Source of the DNA: a virus
UHGV virus genome: UHGV-0141098
Reading direction: 5' to 3' (one strand)
Length of the DNA: 19,773 nucleotides
Part shown: positions 19,112 through 19,773 of the stretch, piece after piece
How positions within the stretch are numbered: position 1 is the first letter of the stretch
Layout of the letters: each line of letters opens with the position of its first letter
Notes under the pieces: model-generated
The model's input: only the letters and a program-made list of their open reading frames with translations
Databases searched by the model: none
What the model was told of the DNA's origin: nothing
Translations under genes and position numbers: made by a program

Positions 19112-19773
19112 TCACACCAATCTGGTTAAACGGCAAACTAAGTGGTGGTAAAGACTGACATCGGCATTATTACTATCGCTGTGGAACATCACCCCGACGG
19201 GCTTACCACGGGTTTCCCATGCCATTTCCAGTGCTTTCATGGTAAGCCTGCTGTCCGGCGAGAACGACATGGCCCAGCCCACTGGTTTTCTTGCGAACAG
19301 GTCGAGAACAACGGCGAGGTACGCCCAGCGCTTACCCGTCCAGATATAGGTCACATCACCGCACCACACCTGATTTGGCTCGGTCACGGCGAACTGCCGT
19401 TCAAGGTAGTTAGGGATAGCAACATGTTCATGACCACCACGTTTATACCGGTGAGTCGGCTGCTGACAGCTGACCAGCCCCAGCTCTTTCATGAGCCTGC
19501 CAGCAAGCCAGCGTCCCATCTGGTAGCCTCTCCGGGTTGCCATTGTGGCAATGCTTCTTCCTCCGGCCGAACCGTGGCTGATGCCATGTAGCTCAAGTAC
19601 CTGACTGCGTAATACAGCCCGTCTGCCGTCTGGTTTTTCAAGACGGTTTTTCCAGTATCTGTAGCTGCTGCGATGAACCCCGAACACATGGCAGAGTGTG
19701 GCCACAGGATAATGCGCTCTGAGTTTCCCGATTATCGAGAACTGTTCAGGGAGTCTGACATCAAGAGCGCGGT
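19112..19773 (-). mobile_element. IS3-family element fragment (OrfB-like transposase N-terminal two-thirds, 19112..19705; runs off the window)
   Basis: Integrase-core pattern [34 protein letters not shown] ... HSD matches IS3-family OrfB. The ORF ends about 20 aa after the second catalytic Asp, before the expected Glu, so it is truncated. Confidence 0.6.

Overview
This 19.8-kb window reads as a mosaic stretch of a P1-like phage-plasmid (or a P1-derived island). All calls come from reading the sequence and from recalled family signatures; no database search was run. Left part (minus strand, 51..5880): the P1 packaging/addiction module pacB, pacA (with an internal pac site made of TGATCA hexamer clusters), lpa, two post-doc genes, doc and phd, with C1-repressor-type operators at gene boundaries. 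A c1 repressor gene, expected next to pacB in P1, is absent; two small translationally coupled ORFs sit there instead. Centre (6057..12074, plus strand): a complete Type IC (EcoR124-family) restriction-modification locus hsdM-hsdS-hsdR, with three tandem 12-bp TAEL repeats in hsdS. Right part (12154..18228, minus strand): an accessory region of mostly unassigned genes, which is where I would look for an undescribed system. It holds an operator-driven 28-aa hydrophobic peptide gene, a HAD-like phosphatase, an operon whose ~420-aa coiled-coil gene is split by an IS1 copy with a perfect 8-bp target duplication, an operator-hairpin-operator element, and a four-gene operon (DxD protein, PPP-family phosphatase, two overlapping Rossmann-like paralogs). 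The window ends in a VRR-NUC-like ORF and IS110-/IS3-family transposase fragments. No rRNA, tRNA or CRISPR array was found.
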